Shown: positions 13,250-25,999 of the stretch, piece by piece
Numbering within the stretch: position 1 is the first letter of the stretch
Layout: each line of letters begins with the position of its first letter
Source: Octopus sinensis
Taxonomy: Eukaryota
Length of the DNA stretch: 64,000 nucleotides
Assembly (NCBI RefSeq): GCF_006345805.1
Contig: NC_043006.1
Coordinates: 46,252,001 to 46,316,000 of the forward strand
Reading direction: 5' to 3'
Program-made: the position numbers and the translations under genes
Notes under the pieces: model-generated
Databases searched by the model: none
Told to the model about the DNA's origin: nothing
The model's input: only the letters and a program-made list of their open reading frames with translations

Positions 13250-14010
13250 GTGATACAAAAAAGGGACAACAAAACATTCCGATAGACGATACAAAGAAAA
13301 CAAGGACGTGTCATTCGGCGTTTTCTTTCCTCAGTTGGGCTCAAGATTACTTTGCAATTTCGGCTGATTATACTCGAGATTGCTCCAATCTGGCCAGCCC
13401 GAAGGAAAAAATAAGCTAAGAGCATTAGATTCCTTGGAAGAAAGCAGCGAATGTATACGAAAACAAGGACGGAAAAAACGGAGAATGTTACACAAATACA
13501 AATAACAGGACGTAACAACAGGTGTCTAGTTAGGAGAAAAGTTTATTTGGTAAACAGATGCGTCTCTAGGTTTAGTTGTTGTTGACTTTACTTGGACACC
13601 GAGGAGATATTGAGCTTTTGTTTTAAGAATACTGAGGTTACAGTTCAGAGTTCAATCCAGCATTTAAACCCATATAATTAGGTGTGTTTATACAGATGTG
13701 TCAGCTTTTAGTTCATAGATTTTTTTAATAGTTCACTAAAGAATATAGGTAGGTGGAAAGGCTAGTTAGTCAACAGATTTTTTTTACTTATAGTCAGTGA
13801 TATGAGATTTAATCCGAATGCTTTGTGAAGATAGAGGTTATCAGTGAAACCTGTAAAACTTTGTGATTAGTGTGTTTATCTGAGAGGGTCAACGTTTACT
13901 TCATTGTATTGTAAGTATAGCAGTTTTCTTATCTTCCGAGTTTTAACTCGGTGGAGTAGAGTCTTAGTTCGAACCAGTAGCTTGTTTGTAGTATGTCGCC
14001 ATTAGTTTAG
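13250..14010 (-). mobile_element. Highly decayed Penelope-like GIY-YIG/3' remnant
   Basis: Only fragmentary similarity (TGFTDN, CNLSIL), with many stops and frameshifts. Confidence 0.3.
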
Positions 14011-14113
14011 TTCTCAATGATTTCAGGAGCCACCTGCCAGTTACCTGCACTTTGCCGGTATCTCTGTAATATACGCAAGAAACATTACACCATTATTACA
14101 TTGATTCCCCTAC

Positions 14114-14260
14114 GGCGGCAAACTAGCAGAATCGTTATCACGTCGCTACGTTCTCAGTTCGAATTCCGCAGGGGTCGACTTTGCCTTTCATCCTTTCGGG
14201 GTCGATGAAATAAGTACCAGTGAAAGACTGGGATCGATGTGATCGACTACTTCCCTACCC

Positions 14261-14296
<36 letters not shown>

Positions 14297-14342
14297 GTCG
14301 TCGTCGTCATCGTCGTCATCGTCGTAATCGTCGTCGTCGTCG

Positions 14343-14390
<48 letters not shown>

Positions 14391-14422
14391 CATCATCATC
14401 ATCATCATCATTATTATTATTA

Positions 14423-14498
<76 letters not shown>

Positions 14499-14712
14499 GG
14501 TGGCTAATTGGCAGAATCGTCAGCTCACTGGACGATATACTTAGTCGCATTTCGACCGTCCCTACGTTCTGTGTTCAGTGTTCAGATTCCGCCAGGTTCG
14601 ACTTCGCCTTTTATCCTTTTAGGGTCGCTGAAATAATTACCAGCGAAACACTGGGATCGATGTGATCGACTAGTCCCCTCTCCCAAATTTCATGCCTTGT
14701 GTCTGTTGTAGA
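14114..14712 (+). mobile_element. Two SINE A copies flanking a (CAT)n(TAT)n tract
   Basis: Copies at ~14114-14262 and ~14498-14712. Confidence 0.75.
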
Positions 14713-15608
14713 AGGGCTTATTACCTTGATTCACAGGTCACGCATTTTCTTGTCATTGCCTCCGTAATCCATTCTCATTCAGTTTCTCCTGATTGTGCTA
14801 TGTACATGTATGTCCGGAGAGTACATTTTTCCAGCATTAAAATTTTAGTAGTTTACCAGAGGCCGCTTGGCTGTTGCATTTATGTCTTATTGTAGGTGTG
14901 TAATACAAACAGGGATCTCGATTGCTTTCGCTAATTTCGTGTCATTAGCATATCCTATCAGAATAGTTGGGTTGCCTATATAAAGGTGGGTATATCTGAA
15001 AATATCGAACTTTCCTTACATCGTTGCGGCAGAATAAAGCGAGTTGTTTTCAAAGAATACAACAGGTGTTTGTATATTTCTTATATGCTTGTGGTTCGAA
15101 TCACATCCCATCTTCTTATCCATATTATCTTCCCGGGTCTAAGTTCGCCTCTACACGAATCATTTTGTTTTTGCTTCCGGGTACTCCTTTTTTTTAGTAT
15201 GACCACTTCCCCAACTCATTTCAGTGTAATAAGTAGTTCTCTGACTTTTCCTCCCATTCGCTATAGTGTTTATTGTGTTATAGTGTAAGAAAGCAGTAAA
15301 AAAAAAAATACTTTACTGGTTCTCCGAAAAATAAGTTTGAGTGAAACTTGGAACACTCATTTCCAAACAGCATTGAAAATGTTCACTTTAGACACACGCA
15401 CACAGACACAAGGACATGCACTCATATACACACAGAGACACACGCAAACACAGAGATAAAATTCACGCACACACACACACACACACAGATACACACACAT
15501 ACACATGCACACCATACACATGCACAAACATACACATACGCACACGCACGCATTACCGCACATAAACATATATATAAACACATGCGTACTTCTGTGTGTG
15601 TATGGGCA

Positions 15609-15670
<62 letters not shown>

Positions 15671-15752
15671 CATACATTTATGCATACAAATATATATATT
15701 TATATGGATGGATACATATATTTATGTGTATCTATAAATATGCATGTAATGC

Positions 15753-15810
<58 letters not shown>

Positions 15811-16524
15811 GTATGGATATATTTATATATATGTGTAAATATGTATGTATGCATACACACACGCACACATTCACACACATATGTATGCAAACTCACACAT
15901 ACATATATTCATACGATAATATGTGTGCGTGTGTGCAGTTGTTTGCATTTATGATTAAACATGGTGGCGCTTAAATACACTTAACAAATAAGGAAGCTGC
16001 ATGCAATTTCCGAAATATACGATGCCAAAGTCGGTGCTAGATGAACATAGCATTGTAAGAAATTGTAATTAACTTGGACAAAAATTTGACGTCACAGAAA
16101 TAAATCTGTAGGCGTTCTTCCCCGATAGTTATTACACAACATGAATTTCTAAACAAGCACCGAAACAGTTGTTACGTCATAGGAAATTGTAACTTTATTC
16201 CATATAACTTTTAATATAAGCGAAGGTGGTAAACAATGCGTGTTTCCGGTTGTACCATGGAAATCCATCATCGCTTCATTGGAATGAGATGGGGGGAATA
16301 GTTTTCTAGCATTGCGTTCACTCCATTAAATGCCAGGAAATCACACATAATTATGCATAGGCACATGTGTGATCACTTTAATGTATAGATGTACATGAAC
16401 ATACATAAACAGACATTTACATATACACGTGAGTGTGTATGTGTGTGTGCGTGTTTGTGTCAATGTATGTTTTTGTGAGTGTGTGTTCGTGCGAATGTGT
16501 GCTTGAGTGAGCGACTGTTTGTGT

Positions 16525-16572
<48 letters not shown>

Positions 16573-17894
16573 CCATGTGCATATAAATGTAAAGACATAT
16601 TTAAAAATATTTGCACAGGTTACGGTTAAAAATCGATCACTTCTGAAAAAATATACGCTCTTGTATACATATAAATATATAAACATGCATAATGGCGTAT
16701 CGTCAAACATTTATAAGTGTGCATAGCTGCGTATATGATGTGCTCTTTTTGTGTATATATGTATGTATCTATGAATGTATGTATGTGTTTATATTTTGCA
16801 GGACGTTAGAATGATTTGCCGATATGTCATAATCCCTCTACAGCAGGGAATTGCAATAACAGTAATTATTTAGGTCACCTGTATAACCAAAGATAAGCAT
16901 GCATTATTCTAACAATGCCATTGATGTTTCCTAGACATATGGTTTCCACTGGTAGACATATGGTTTCCACTTCAAGTGAGGAACTCCACGCGGCAACACA
17001 CATACCCGTCCGATGTATGTTATAAAAAAAATCATGTTCATCTCGAAATATTTGGATCCACAAGAGCGCCATTATTTTCAGCAATTTCACTTGCTGAAAG
17101 AGGAAAAGTAGGGTTTTCATTCTGAAAGGGAAAACCTAGTGTTTGGAAGATTGCCAACCAGTTTGTCCTTGACGTCTTTTAAATGCAAGCCAGTCAATTG
17201 TGGTACATACAAGATTTCTCCTCACGGTAGAATCTCGTGTAATGTCGACCATTCCGCAACGCAATTTCGCGTGAGGCGAGCACAGTAATGCTTTTATTGT
17301 TTAGTCCCTGATCCAATTAAAGTGTTCTCCTCGAGGTCATGCCATCATATTTTGTTTTGGAGATACAGTTTTTATATCAACACTACTCAATGTGCCCATG
17401 ATATATTTTAGAGAGCAGGCAACCGTTTTATTATAACTTAGTTGATATGTCTAGCAGGTGAAATGACTGCAAGAACATTAATTCAAATTGTGTGTTGCAT
17501 GGCTCAAATATGTCTGTGATATATTTTGGTTTCTACAAGTAATTTCAATGCAGTTTATCGCGGAGGAAAAAAGTTCTTGCTTATGGTAATGAGTAAGCAC
17601 ACCATTATCAGCTCAATAGCATTCTCTCTTGAACACGAGATGCATTTCTGGCTCGTTATGATTTCCGCAGGAAGAGATACCAAAGAGAGGCAGTTACCAT
17701 TAGAACGCAGGCAGGTTCACAAGCACCAGATACAAACGCATGCATAATCACACAAATACAATGGCACACGTATGTGCGCACATAAACAGACATAAACCCA
17801 GAGGCAGTAGATAAACACTCACGCCCCATTACACGCAACCAAACGTCAAGTACACGCACACACTAGCAGACTGATGTCACCATATAAAAATACA

Positions 17895-17962
<68 letters not shown>

Positions 17963-17999
17963 TGTCTCCGTCTGCCTCCAGAAGTCTCTTCTTCTTTTC

Positions 18000-18219
18000 G
18001 TTACCTTGTTTTAATCATTTGACTGCGGCCATGCTGAGGCATCACCTTTAGTCGAACAAATTGACAACAGGACTTATTCTTTGTAAGCCTAGTAGTTATT
18101 TTATCGGTCCCTTTTGCCGAACCGCTAAGTTTCGGGGACGTAAACACACCAACATCGGTTGTGAAACGATAGTGGTGGTGGAGGGACTAACACAGACGCA
18201 CACACAGATACATGCATAC

Positions 18220-18250
<31 letters not shown>

Positions 18251-18430
18251 TGTATGTATGTATGTATACACAATGGGCTTCTTTCAGTTTCCGTCTACCA
18301 AATCCACTCACAAGGCTTTGGTTGGGCCATGGCTATAATAGAAGACAGCTGTCCAAGGTTCCAAGCAGTGGGACCGAACCGGAGCTATGTGGTTGCGAAG
18401 CAAGCTTCTTTCCACACAGCCACTCTTGCG
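18000..18430 (-). mobile_element. SINE B
   Basis: Same modules, with internal (TATG)n. Confidence 0.9.
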
Positions 18431-18584
18431 CCTATGTATATGTCTTTATTTAAGGAAGTTTATTAATTCAAAATATATATTATTGCAAGTAAAATATCTG
18501 TTAATTCATGAAAAATAACACTGATAATAAAATATTGTAGAACTTTATTAATTAATTCCTAAGGCGGCGAGCTGTCTGAATCGT

Positions 18585-19076
18585 CTTATTCTTTGTTCAG
18601 CAGGTCGTCCTACAATCACCCTCCTCATTAAGCGAGCTTGATGGGGTCGCCGGTTTAGTCGTCGACGATCCGACCATGCGAGAGACGGAAGAATTACTGT
18701 GTAGTAACCGGCCAATTCAACAAGTACCTTGTCATCGTGAAGTGCCTGTGTGCTCCGTTGTCCTGGAGAGCTATGCTGAAGGGAGAGAAATCTTCAAGCA
18801 GGTCTTACCATGTCAAACAGGTCGAAGGGTAGGAGACAGACAAAACCTTAACGACAATAAATCGAAGCGTCGACAGCAGCGCATGGATTTAGATCGGTTT
18901 CCCGGCTTTGAACCAGCATAGGATCTTAAATACAAGACAATGGATGAAACCTCTAATATTCGTAGGTAGATGGAAACTGCGGGACCACATGGCGCAGCGC
19001 CCTGTGACTCCTACAGTATGCGCAACCGAAACCCCTATGAAGGGGCGTCCTATGGGACGACCTAGATGAGACGAGA
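18585..19076 (+). mobile_element. 492-bp insertion, probable non-autonomous RTE derivative, with 12-bp TSD
   Basis: TGTCTGAATCGT duplicated at 18573-18584 and 19077-19088. Has an RTE 5'UTR-like segment (ctggagagctatgctg...catgtcaaacaggtcgaagggtaggagacagac) and a short gatga-like tail. It splits a SINE A head. Confidence 0.6.
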
Positions 19077-19088
19077 TGTCTGAATCGT

Positions 19089-19280
19089 TACCGCGCCGTG
19101 CTAAATGGTTAATCGCACTTCGTTCGGCTTTAGGTTCTGAGTTCAGCTTTCATGAAGGTCAACTTTGCCTTTTTGTCTTTCGAGGTCGATAAAGTAAGTA
19201 TCAGCTGAACGCTGGGGTCGACGTAATCGACTTACCCCTACTCCGAAATTACTGGTCTCCTTCCAAAATTTGATATCAAT
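19089..19280 (+). mobile_element. SINE A, 3' part of a copy whose head is at 18563-18584
   Basis: Continues the SINE consensus after the TSD. Confidence 0.65.
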
Positions 19281-19969
19281 ATTAATTAATTCTATTGTTA
19301 ATAATGTTCAGTCAGAGGTTTGCGTGTGTGTAGTATGAAAATGAAAAGAGAGAAAAAACACAATTTACCATTTATGTTTTTTTTGGAAGGTCTGTCAGAT
19401 TAATTAGAGTCAAATAAAAATGAAAATAATGCATCATTGAAATGTATCCAAGATATCCATTCGTGAGAAATTGTCATAGTAACACTTAAAAAGTGCTTTT
19501 AACAAAATATGAAGGAAAAACGTAACAAAGAAAAAAAAAAGAAATTATGTTTGTGGAAAGATTATGAAATAACATTGTTTCAATCTCCACTTCAAAACAA
19601 TATCCATTGCCAACTTGGAAGGAACACTTCTGAAGAAAATGAGAATCAATTTGGTAATTAAATGACGTAAACAACTACAATAAATGCCTGATCATTCAGA
19701 AAGAGATACCAATTAAAAGACTGTGCGACATCAATTGTTTTCTCTTTCAAAGAGTGCTGAAATTCAAGTGCTGACATTTCTATCACAATTAGTTATGGAA
19801 CCATTCGTTCGCTGAGAATTTCACAAGGAAATCTGCATATAAAATATTCTCATATGACAAGAAATGGTAAAGGGCGGCCTTCCATTAATATCCTTTGTAC
19901 AATTGTGTTGTTGTTGTTTTTACATTCCTTCATTATTCTGGTGTCATTAGTGTTGTTGTTAATGGAGCA

Positions 19970-20192
19970 TTATATATATATATATATATGCACGTATAAA
20001 TATATATATGTATATATATATATATGTACATATATATATATATGTATATATATATATGCACGTATAATATATATATATATCTATATATATATATATATAG
20101 ATATATATATGTATGTATATATATATATGTACACACACATATATATATGTATATATATATGCACGTATAAATAATATATGTATATATATATG

Positions 20193-20233
<41 letters not shown>

Positions 20234-20262
20234 TATATATATATTATATATATATGTATGTA

Positions 20263-20339
<77 letters not shown>

Positions 20340-20350
20340 CATATATATGT
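19970..20350. repeat. (TA)n-rich tract
   Basis: Seen directly. Confidence 0.95.
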
Positions 20351-20986
20351 TTGCATTTATGTACTGAAAGCAAGCTGTTACAATATTTCTGAATATTCCT
20401 TATGAATAATTTTGTGGATATTAGCCAAATTGTTATCGATTTTCTATATGATACCAGTGAACTGACTTAAAAGTATTCGAATCTATATTGTTTTTCCACA
20501 ACTGTTTCTTTTTTATTGCTATTTTTTGCTTAGCCCAAAGACAACCCTCATCTGAAAGACCTATGATCATCTCTATTAGTTTTGTCATTGTTTTATTATA
20601 AAGTTATTATCGCGTAGCTTGAAGGAGATCATCGTGCTATTTCCAGCTCGGTCAGTCACTGCATGGAGCCTCCTTTATGAACGCAATAGTTATCTGCGTT
20701 TGAGGTTGTGGTGGTGATGTCGTAATGATTTTAGTAGACGCGAAAATGATGATATATTTGTTCTTGTTTTTTCTTTTTTTGCTAAGGTTTACCCTCGTTG
20801 AGTACATGTACGGTGAACAACCTTGCAGGCATTAACGTTCCTTATTTCTTTAGGCACAAACAGCCCGCATACATTCATTACACAGTTAAACAACTATAAA
20901 ATATCAAGTCTACTAACTATGCTGTTGGGGTTAAGCAATGTGTGTGTGTGTTAGTGTCCGTGTGTGTATGTAAGTATGCGTGTATG

Positions 20987-21018
<32 letters not shown>

Positions 21019-21097
21019 ACATACATACAAAGAGAGAGATTTGCTTGTAAATATAATTCATTACGTAAATGTGCACGTGTGTAAGTATATACACGTA

Positions 21098-21391
21098 CTC
21101 TTTTACTCTTTTACTTGTTACAGTCATTTGACTGCGGCCATGCTGGAGCACCGCCTTTAGTCGAGCAAATCGACCCCAGGACTTATTCCTTGTAAGCCTA
21201 GTACTTATTCTATCGGCCCTTTTTGCCGAACCGGTAAGTTTCGGGGACGTAAACACACCCGCATCAGTTGTCGAGCGATGGTGGGGGAACAAACACAGAA
21301 TACAAACAAACATACATACATACATACATACATACATACATACATACATACATACATACTTACATACTACATACATACATACATACATACA

Positions 21392-21422
<31 letters not shown>

Positions 21423-21427
21423 GTATG

Positions 21428-21473
<46 letters not shown>

Positions 21474-21636
21474 ATATATGACGGGTTTCTTTCAGTTTCC
21501 GTCTGCCAAATCCACTCACAAGGTTTTGGTCGGCCCGATGCTATGGTAGGACACTTGTCCAAGGTACCACGCACTGGGACTGAACCCGGAACCATGTGGT
21601 TGGTAAGCTAGCAACTTACTACACAGCCACTCCTGC
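21098..21636 (-). mobile_element. SINE B
   Basis: Same modules, with expanded (TACA)n(TA)n. Confidence 0.9.
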
Positions 21637-21652
21637 GAGTGATATATATATA

Positions 21653-21682
<30 letters not shown>

Positions 21683-21683
<1 letters not shown>

Positions 21684-22016
21684 CATGATCATTGCTCCAT
21701 CTTCACAGATGAATGTTGGCTTTCGGACTCTCTGAGCTTCCGTCCGTGACCTCCCAGATGAGTCTTCGTCCCACTGCTGATCTACATGTTTTGATGTGTA
21801 GGTGACACATGAAAATTGTATATTCCTCTGGGTTGATCAGATCACTATGAGAGATATGGGCTCTGTGAACCACCACATGTCTCTTCAGACTAGAACTCCA
21901 CTTGCAAGTAGTATTCCACACAACACACGTGAAATCACCCGTTCTAGGGGGAAGGACGTTGCTTATACTTGATTTTTCACAAGTCTTCAAATGTTTGACA
22001 TTGGCAGCGTTGAGAG
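21683..22016 (-). mobile_element. RTE-type LINE 3' end with two C2H2-like fingers (tentative clade)
   Basis: FTCVVWNTTCKWSSSLKRHVVVH...CHLHIKTCRSAVG, then a frameshift to KTHLGGHGR. Flanked by (TA)n on both sides. Confidence 0.55.
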
Positions 22017-22020
22017 AGAT

Positions 22021-22093
<73 letters not shown>

Positions 22094-22236
22094 ATATATG
22101 GACCGATGGAGAGAAAGACAAAATAGAGTGATAGATAGATAGATAGATAGATTCATAGTTAGACAGACATACATACAGGCAGACAGACAGACAGACAGAT
22201 AGACAGACAGACAGATAGATAGATAGATAGATAGAT

Positions 22237-22275
<39 letters not shown>

Positions 22276-22865
22276 TATAGATAGACATATACATAGAAAA
22301 CAGATAAACAGATATACATGTGGATTTTGTGAGCGAACATCTTTCACCGATGTACAATTGCCGTGAAAGCAGAAACACCATTGTTTTAAACATACTGAGT
22401 CTTACTATAGAATTTTACTTAAATATTATGAGTCAGCATTGCCAGCATCAAAATGACTGCACAATTTCCCACTGTCTTTAATTCTCAACAGTGTTCACGT
22501 AATTAGTCACCGTGATGATGAGATTGAAACAGTCAATAACCACATGGTACAAGCGTTAATTCAACTAAAGTGAAATGATTGAATACTGGCATTAAGAAAT
22601 TACGCGTACACTACCCTTAAAAAGATGAATAATTCCTTACTATTACAAAGTTACTGATGAAAATCCTCTAACATTACAAGGGCAGTGATTCCCTAAGCTT
22701 ATTATGCCATGCACCCAGAGGAACTGTCCGATTTAATTTTTGCTCACCCCTTACAATAGTAGTATCAGAGGATAAGATGAAAAGCTCAATTTTCTTGGTA
22801 ACTAATATATTATTATCTACATTATTAACATTTGACGGATATTTGTCTTCATCTTGTTTGTTGTT

Positions 22866-22911
22866 AACACAACGTTTCGGCTGATATACCCTCCAGCCTT
22901 CATCAGGTGTC
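22866..22911 (-). ncRNA. Minimal type-I hammerhead ribozyme motif, intact core (family H1)
   Basis: Minus strand reads GACAC-CUGAUGA-A-GGCUG(gagggtatat)CAGCC-GAAA-CGUU-GUGUU. Stem I is GACAC/GUGUU and stem II is 5 bp. Stem III is the palindrome ACGU, as in dimer-type hammerheads of Penelope-like elements. Confidence 0.8.
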
Positions 22912-24490
22912 TTGGGAAAATTTCGAACCTGCCAGCTCGCCGCCTCAGAATTACATATAATAATGCGAAGCAATGCATTTCTTCTTGTGCTTAATATAAC
23001 AAATCCATTCGTAATAATTATTAAATGTATTCTGAATTTTAATAAATTACGTTTATTACTAATTCTAAGAGGTGCGTGAACCTTAGTTTAGAGATCCCTT
23101 ACAGGGTTTGTGCATTTTATTTTCGGGGCAATATGAGCAAATGATGAAGTTCGCATCGCAATGACGAAATCGCAATTAGCCCGAACCACTTAGAAACTTT
23201 GGTAATTGTAGATTTTGTTACTATTAGAATGTCAGTGAAAAATGGGTTGACAGAAACTTAAAAGAAGACCATCACGATTATTCTATCAGTTAAGACAACA
23301 ATTCTTGCCTTGTCACACACTTTATCACGTTGATTCTCTCTGCGAGTTATATTAAGTGCACACGTGTCCCTGTGCTGCTCGGCTATTTCATGATAGGATT
23401 TATAGTGAGTCAAAAATGATTGGAGCGATGGACGTGTATGGCATGAAGCTAAGGCTGCTTCTTGGATTTTGACAGAAGCACTCATTCGAACCATCTCCTC
23501 AAAATACTCAAGTGGTCCATTTCAAAGTCCCTGTTCATAAGACTGGGACCCCAAGATCCGAACGTGGAGGGTGAATGAAGAAGTTACTAAAATATATGCC
23601 TCCCTGTAGGGCTACCACCGGAAACACTAAATGTCAGTCTGACTTCTACTTAGTGGAGACTTAACACTGATAAACATATACTATTCAGAAAGTTATTTTG
23701 CTAATAATACATGCAAAGCAAAGCGCGCGTGAATGTTGCATTTCAAACTAATGTATATCCATGAATGTGTGCCCTTATGCTAGTTCTTGCCAGGATCGAA
23801 CCCCCTTACAGGAAGTGATGCTCAACCGAATGGCCTGTTAGGCGTAAGCCCAGCAAAACAGATTAAAATGGTATTTTCTCTTGGTGCTGTATTTACCATG
23901 AAAGTGACTTTAATATACATTACTCTACGTTTTCACTACTGTGTATGCGTGCGTATATCATTTACATATTGTGCATTTATTGAGATCATCTACATAACCT
24001 AATAGAGAGCATACACTGTTCTGTACCATACAGCTGGGCAAACTATCTAGAATCACAAGGAAAATTGTATTTTCCATTGGACAAAGACAGACACGTTTCT
24101 AAATAAGATGATGATGGTTAACTACTCACACAGATATCCATTCTGCAGAAATAGTTGGAGAACGGCTCGCAACTTTGCGACGATGTGACTGTAGATGGAA
24201 TATACAAATAAAGAAAGGTACAGTTTTTCTTGCTTGAGCAGATCGATTATTTATGAGATAAAGAAAACGGACAATGTCGGCGTGTGTTTCTTTCCACTAA
24301 AGCCCATGTTGAAGGTCTCAATACTTGGACGCCAATCCGATTAACATTACTAATGACCCCACATTCTTTGACTATTTGCAGAGAAGATGGCCATTATCAA
24401 ATACAATTACAGTCTTTCGAAACGTCAAATAATGATATCAACGCACTCCAGTGCCTACTTCCAAGCGTTCTCTTTTGTTCTTTCATGTGA

Positions 24491-24494
<4 letters not shown>

Positions 24495-24542
<48 letters not shown>

Positions 24543-24674
24543 GAGTGAGAGAGCAGTGCATGCCATATTATTATTATTATTAGTATTATTGTTGTTGTTG
24601 ATATAGTTGTTGTTGTTGCTGTTATTATTAGTATTATTATATCATTATTGTTGTTAATGTTATTATTATTATTG

Positions 24675-24709
<35 letters not shown>

Positions 24710-24790
24710 GTTATTGTTGTTATTATTATTATTATTGTCATTATTATTATTATTATTATTACTTTTACTATTATTATTATTATTATTTAT
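24495..24790. repeat. (TAT)n/(TGT)n tract
   Basis: Seen directly. Confidence 0.95.
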
Positions 24791-25163
24791 CCTCATGTTT
24801 TCAACAGTATTATGTGATTTTCTACTGCATCATCATGTATTTCTGAGATGCGTGTAGCATTGTCTTTTGGGATGCTGAATAATGTTTGTTCATTACATCT
24901 GCTTTGCCTTGCTGTGAGATTCGTTGTGTGGTTTATTTTGTGTGATTTTGCGCTATTTTTCGCCATTCATTTGTTGTGTAGTAGTATATGTATGATTCGA
25001 GATGTGTTATTTTGTTGGGTGATTTTTTTTTTTTGTTATTCCATGTTTGCTGTGTGGATTATGTTATATCATTGTGTGTCCATTGCATAAATTGGGGTTG
25101 TGTAAGTTGCTGTTGTCACGAAAGAGGTGACGTGTTCTGTAAGCATCTCTCCGCTGCTTTTAC

Positions 25164-25191
25164 CAAAATCCCCCATCTTCGGCGTCGTCAA
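25164..25191 (-). CDS. Candidate 28-nt micro-exon (LTTPKMGDF or xDDAEDGGF)
   Basis: gcttgtctctgtag acceptor and TG|GTAAAA donor. Confidence 0.2.
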
Positions 25192-25999
25192 CTACAGAGA
25201 CAAGCTTAGCAATAAAAGAAGCCATGCCCCCCACCTACCCCCAACCACCACGACGCAACAACAACAAGAACAACAACAACAACAGCAGCAGCAATATTAC
25301 TACAGACATGTATACTAAGGGTCTCTGATTGAGAAACCACTCAAGCAAAAACGAAAATTTTCAGATATGTCAGAAAATGCATATGTAAGTTCAATCACGT
25401 CCGATCCTACAAATAAATGAGCTGTTGATAACGACCAGAAAGCGTCCTTTAAATAGGAGCCAAAAAATTAGTGAAGTGAACAAATAAGGAAGGTACAAGA
25501 GAAAAAAACAACAGTGGTCTCCTAGCAAAGAACTCCGCGCCTGGAGCGACGGACTTCGATGTCTATTTAGACTCTGTTGTATTTCTACACCAATGACGCA
25601 ATTCTTCATCATATTGGTACTGCGAATAACCGATTTAAATAATCGTTTAGGGCGGCTATACGATGGCAAATTGATGCTCAAGGAGAGATATAAACAAAGT
25701 TGAAACCGATGGTATAGAACAAATTCCAAGGTCTGAACGTTTGGAGCCCGAAATGAAACAAAAACCGAAAACTCGTATTAATTGAAACACGCAACTAGTT
25801 CCTTATGAATCGTCCGTCAGGATCGGTTACTGCTAACGGGTGATTGTCATTAGAGAAGCCATTTTCGGTTCGTCTCTAGAAGCCGAATCACTACATTGCG
25901 TTGGGGCATTTGTTCCGTGATGGAAAATAAACGACCATCTAACAATATTGTTTCGTAACCGGTGATTTGTTTGCCAAGGACTCATTTTATCATTTATTC

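Noticed and set aside
22510-22535. ATGATGA...GAAAC as a hammerhead or C/D snoRNA box C
   Set aside because: No pairing stems and no matching box D nearby.
23258-23494. Protein-like 78-aa ORF on the minus strand
   Set aside because: Upstream in-frame stop, no convincing splice sites and no recognisable motif.
24310-24430. Frame SQYLDANPINITNDPTFFDYLQRRW on the + strand
   Set aside because: Weak acceptor, no donor before the stop and no recognised homology.
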